39,177 nt of DNA from a virus. Lineage: Duplodnaviria; Caudoviricetes. Made by a program: the position numbers and the translations under genes. The notes beneath the pieces are model-generated. The model ran no database searches, had not been told where the DNA came from, and saw only the letters and a list, made by a program, of their open reading frames with translations. How positions within the stretch are numbered: position 1 is the stretch's first letter; each line of letters opens with the position of its first letter. The stretch spans positions 1 through 39,177 of the IMG/VR virus record IMGVR_UViG_3300032212_000063, one strand, 5' to 3'. Shown one piece after another: positions 35,895 through 39,177 of this stretch.

Positions 35895-36290
35895 TTAAAA
35901 GAGGTCTGCTGCGGTAAAAGTGAGATAGGACAATCTGACCCGACTCCCGCCCTATCTCGTGGGTGGGATTAAATGGTGTTTAGGCGTAGTGTTCACTATT
36001 CTTGGGGCTGATAACCGTGACCCGTATCTCTGCAAAGCATAGGGAGGTGCTACTATGTGTTGATTGTAGTCTTATCTATGTTGGAGAGACCGAGGACTGT
36101 ATATCCACCGACTTTATCGTAAGCCCAAACGCTCTGCTCTTGCTTCATCCATAGGCCAAGAAACCGAAAACTTGCATATAAGGTGGTTTGTCGAGCATGA
36201 CTCGTTTAGCGCATACTCTGGATCGGGTCAGAATCCCAGTTTTACTACTATTGTTCCCGCCAGCCGTAATCAGGCCGCATATTCTTAATG
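35895..36290 (-). ncRNA. candidate large structured non-coding RNA with kissing-loop pair
   Basis: No ORF >=60 aa; hairpins 36218-36239 and 35922-35958 carry complementary TCTGACCCGA/TCGGGTCAGA; further long-range pairings; downstream of pR'/tR'. Confidence 0.5.
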
Positions 36291-36378
36291 GTGGGGAGTA
36301 CCGAGGAATTATTATAATTATCAAGTGCTTAGGGGCTTGCTTGCTTGAATAGCAGGCAGGGGAGTTGACCCCGTACCT

Positions 36379-36402
36379 AAAAACCCCGCACTAAGGCAGG
36401 GC
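36379..36402 (-). terminator. tR'-like intrinsic terminator
   Basis: GCCCTGC-CTTAGT-GCGGGGTTTTT ending ~55 nt after pR' start. Confidence 0.75.
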
Positions 36403-36422
36403 TGGGGGCGATTTCTCGCTAA

Positions 36423-36468
36423 ATTGTATGCTTACTAATATTATCTCAATTTGCGGCCTCTGTGTCAA
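36423..36468 (-). promoter_or_regulatory. late promoter pR' with -10-like pause element
   Basis: TTGACA (36468-36463) N17 GATAAT (36445-36440); TACAAT at 36428-36423 in the initial transcribed region. Confidence 0.8.
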
Positions 36469-36496
36469 TACTTTTTATGGCTTATATAAGTATTAT

Positions 36497-37501
36497 TTAT
36501 GCTGCAACATCGTCAAGATAAGAAAAGAACCACTCTTTAGCCTTCTGGGATATGGGCTTACCCAGCATCTTTTTGTCAAAACCTGACGCCTCTATGATGT
36601 CGGCTTCTTCTTCGTAAACGTCATTGAACACCCATCTCAGAAAGTCGCCCGTGCTTTTCTCTGATATGGGCTTAGCTTCTTGGTGCAATATTTCAATGCC
36701 TTGTTCGAGCCGTTGCGGGGTTACGGTGTTATTAATAAACTCGTCAATGGATTTAACTAGCTCTAAATCCACAGGCGCGAGCGTTTTGACTTTTGATGCA
36801 GAGTGCTTTTCACCCTTAACCTTAAACCAGTAATTAGATGATTCGTAACCCTTTGTGACGCACTTCCATACTATACCTTCACCCACTCCAGACACATCAA
36901 AGAATTTAGCTACAGGACACTCTCTCTCTACTTCTTCTGTTAATTCTCCCAGCTTATTTTGAGATAATGCAGGAGAAGAAAAGTCTATGGTGATGCCTTT
37001 TGTTTGGAATTGTAGCGCATTAAATATACGGTGCTTGGTCAAGAAAAGATCGTGTCCATCTTCTGTGAAGTTATACCAAGTCCTATAATCTTCTTCTCCT
37101 AGTCTAATGCCAAATATCACAAACATTTTTTCTAATTCCGACAGGGCAACACCATTTTGAATATTGCCGCCGCACCACTCCCCGAATATCGCTATAGGAT
37201 AATTATGATCTTGCGAGTTTTTCAGCTTTACTTCTGCGAACAGGGATTGCAGTCTTTTATACCCGACATTATTCGCCATGTATTCTGCAAATCCGTGGTT
37301 GTCGTCGTCTGGTGTTATGACTCTTTTTCTAGACTGAAACCATATATTCCCGTCCTCGTCTTGGCATATAGCCGCATTTGTGCCATGCAGTTTTATAGTG
37401 CCTTCATATTCCAATACAGGCAAAGGGCTGTCTGTCATTCGCACATGCTTAATTGTGTTTCTGAATTGTCCGATCTTTGGGAATGGTATAAATTCAATCA
37501 T
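36497..37501 (-). CDS. RNA ligase, Rnl2-like nucleotidyltransferase
   Basis: Motif I KLHGTN, Ia QSRKR, III IFGEWCG, IIIa FVIFGI, IV GEGIVW, V FKVKGEK; C-terminal T..RL...I, D..EE. Confidence 0.85.
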   Translation of the reverse strand: MIEFIPFPKIGQFRNTIKHVRMTDSPLPVLEYEGTIKLHGTNAAICQDEDGNIWFQSRKRVITPDDDNHGFAEYMANNVGYKRLQSLFAEVKLKNSQDHNYPIAIFGEWCGGNIQNGVALSELEKMFVIFGIRLGEEDYRTWYNFTEDGHDLFLTKHRIFNALQFQTKGITIDFSSPALSQNKLGELTEEVERECPVAKFFDVSGVGEGIVWKCVTKGYESSNYWFKVKGEKHSASKVKTLAPVDLELVKSIDEFINNTVTPQRLEQGIEILHQEAKPISEKSTGDFLRWVFNDVYEEEADIIEASGFDKKMLGKPISQKAKEWFFSYLDDVAA

Positions 37502-38096
37502 CGTTTAATCTCCTTGATAAGTGTCTATCTAGCTCATTACCCCAGTCAGCTAATTGGCTCAAAGCTGCTGAGTATTCCCAACTCCAGCCGTTAGCCCATT
37601 TATAGCGGGTATATTCTTGATCGGTTGCTTCTGCTATTAATTGCCCTCGTTCCGATCCTGTCATTCTGTAATTGCCATCAACACAACCCGCAGCCGTACA
37701 GGGGATCGTCAACATGCCGTTATCGTCTACTTCTTTGGCTTCGTCTGGATGGTTAATAGTTCGATATACAAAACCCCTTCCACCGCACTCTAAGCATGGG
37801 CTGTCGCCTATTTCCTCATGTATGGCTATTTGGCAAATAATCTCTAATGTTTCTTTGCTTACATCATCGACAACTGCCCTCATTAAATCGGCAAGCAATA
37901 GCTTTCTTGAGTCCTCGTCACCGTGCATGGCATAGGCCAAGTTATAAGCCCCTTCGCTTATTCCCGATAAGGCTTGTGCGATCTGTTCGGGCTTAAGTCC
38001 ACCGAAACCACCGACACCCATTAGGTTTGAAATTTTGGCATTCATTGCTGTTATTATGATCTCAGAGTTCACCTGTATTTCTCCATTTCTAAACAT
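37494..38096 (-). CDS. Q-like late antitermination protein
   Basis: CLECGGRG...C....C..G zinc motif; downstream of ninG and upstream of pR'/tR'. Confidence 0.7.
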   Translation of the reverse strand: MFRNGEIQVNSEIIITAMNAKISNLMGVGGFGGLKPEQIAQALSGISEGAYNLAYAMHGDEDSRKLLLADLMRAVVDDVSKETLEIICQIAIHEEIGDSPCLECGGRGFVYRTINHPDEAKEVDDNGMLTIPCTAAGCVDGNYRMTGSERGQLIAEATDQEYTRYKWANGWSWEYSAALSQLADWGNELDRHLSRRLNDD

Positions 38097-38254
38097 TCAG
38101 GACAATACCAATCAACTTTTCTGCCATTGGCTAATCTCTGCCAGCCTATTTTATAAGCGTTGTCTTTATGGTCTTGTTGAGGACAGGCGCAACATTGAAT
38201 GTATCCCTCTGGAGTGCCTAAGCCGTATAAGTGCTGTCTATTTTTGTATTTCAT
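38069..38254 (-). CDS. small Cys-rich protein
   Basis: CCAC...GW......WYCPEC. Confidence 0.55.
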   Translation of the reverse strand: MKYKNRQHLYGLGTPEGYIQCCACPQQDHKDNAYKIGWQRLANGRKVDWYCPECLEMEKYR

Positions 38255-38654
38255 CGAGTTCCGCTATCTTGTTTTTATATTCTTGTTCCATTTCTGCGTA
38301 ATCTTCTCTGGTGATCTTTAGGGGTTGGTATTTCATCTGCTTTAGCATGTCTATGTGATTACCCCCGTAGCGATTTATCATGTACGGGTAATAAAATTCC
38401 TTGTTCCCTTCGTCGAACGAGTTACACCTACGACATTGAGCGTGTATGTTGGTGTCAATGAAATAGACAGAGTTTCCGTTCCCCTTGGCAATAAAGTGTC
38501 CTGCATCAAATTCCCGCCAGAAACCAAACTTCCCACAGGTAACGCATTTAGTGTTTCCGTCTTTGTCAGCATCCTTCCTCCTGTTGTACTCGCTGCATAA
38601 CTTCCACACTCGTTTTTTCCAAGTAGAGAGCTTTCTGTTCTTATTTTTTGACAT
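38238..38654 (-). CDS. ninG: NinG/Rap-like Holliday junction endonuclease
   Basis: Y.RRKD, CVTCG, DAGHFI, NIHAQCRRCN, Y...MI.RYG. Confidence 0.85.
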   Translation of the reverse strand: MSKNKNRKLSTWKKRVWKLCSEYNRRKDADKDGNTKCVTCGKFGFWREFDAGHFIAKGNGNSVYFIDTNIHAQCRRCNSFDEGNKEFYYPYMINRYGGNHIDMLKQMKYQPLKITREDYAEMEQEYKNKIAELDEIQK

Positions 38655-38856
38655 AGTGGCCTTTTTTTCTATGTATAAAATCGAACATTGGGGGGTAGTG
38701 GCGGTAAGCCTTAAACTCTCTATTATTTAGATAAACAATAGATCCAACGCCTTTGTCTGCACCCTCCCTTAACTTCCCTGAAAGGGTTGCAACATCTGAT
38801 AAGCTGTACCCTCTCCACCAATCTTTAATTTTCTCCAGCATCCTTACCCCCTTCAA
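38641..38856 (-). CDS. hypothetical protein
   Basis: 71-aa ORF coupled to neighbours. Confidence 0.55.
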   Translation of the reverse strand: MKGVRMLEKIKDWWRGYSLSDVATLSGKLREGADKGVGSIVYLNNREFKAYRHYPPMFDFIHRKKGHYVKK

Positions 38857-39040
38857 TAATTTTTAGTGTTGGTTTTGCTTGATCTTCTGCAAGTCTCATT
38901 AACATATCTGCTGAGTTCTTGAAGTGTTTAGAGGCTTGATCTAATTTTGCCTGTGCCTCTCTTGTTAGCCTTAGACCGTATTGCTTTTGAGTTAAAGCAA
39001 GTCTTTCTACTATGGCGGCCTGTTCTTTGGTTAATCTCAT
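38825..39040 (-). CDS. hypothetical protein
   Basis: 71 aa; C-terminal LKIIEGGK motif. Confidence 0.6.
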   Translation of the reverse strand: MRLTKEQAAIVERLALTQKQYGLRLTREAQAKLDQASKHFKNSADMLMRLAEDQAKPTLKIIEGGKDAGEN

Positions 39041-39177
39041 AGCATTTGTTTTTCATTGCTTGGAAAAGGAATTGACACCCCAAAGTTTTCAGCCATGTGT
39101 CGATCTAATACCTTGTGAACCTCGCTCACTTCTTTTGTGTCAAGTTTTGCGGTTGATTCTTTGTCAAACATAGCTTG
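39037..39177 (-). CDS. NinB-like protein, 3' part (continues from 295..1)
   Basis: Frame continues across the terminal overlap to TGA at 39039-39037. Confidence 0.7.
   Translation of the reverse strand, partial: QAMFDKESTAKLDTKEVSEVHKVLDRHMAENFGVSIPFPSNEKQML
39051..39177. repeat. 127-bp terminal direct repeat (copy 2)
   Basis: Identical to 1-127. Confidence 0.95.

Noticed and set aside
36064-36107. Group I intron R/S-like words (GATATACAGTCC, AGACTAC) on minus strand
   Set aside because: Wrong order, no P/Q elements and no interrupted gene; explained by a local hairpin
36004-36265. tmRNA on plus strand (GGGGCTGAT... and ...TCCCGCCAGC resemble E. coli ssrA ends)
   Set aside because: No GGATTCGAC, no T-loop, no CCA end, no tag reading frame, and too short

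Overview
The window is an apparently complete, circularly assembled temperate phage genome of 39,050 bp; bases 1-127 repeat exactly at 39051-39177, and a NinB-like gene reads through the junction. It has a lambdoid early region: repressor, PR/PL promoters with matching operators, an initiator with iterons, a helicase, nin genes, a Q-like antiterminator with pR'/tR', a recombination module, xis/int and an attP matching a tRNA-Glu 3' end. This is joined to a podovirus (P22/SU10-like) morphogenesis module: terminase, portal, scaffold, major capsid, tail tube proteins, three ejection proteins and a tail fibre. The host is probably a gammaproteobacterium (inference). Most unusual: (1) an Rnl2-type RNA ligase between Q and pR', followed by a ~400-nt ORF-free, highly pairable region with two hairpins whose loops are complementary over 10 nt, a candidate large ncRNA/ligase system; (2) a V4R/MetOD1-like protein convergent with a short, non-autocleaving repressor in a switch with no visible Cro; (3) a lysis cassette with a class 3 lipase and a lipobox micropeptide but no visible spanins; (4) five IHF consensus sites next to terS; (5) an antisense small-gene island beside the presumed genome end. 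All calls come from reading motifs by eye; no searches were run.
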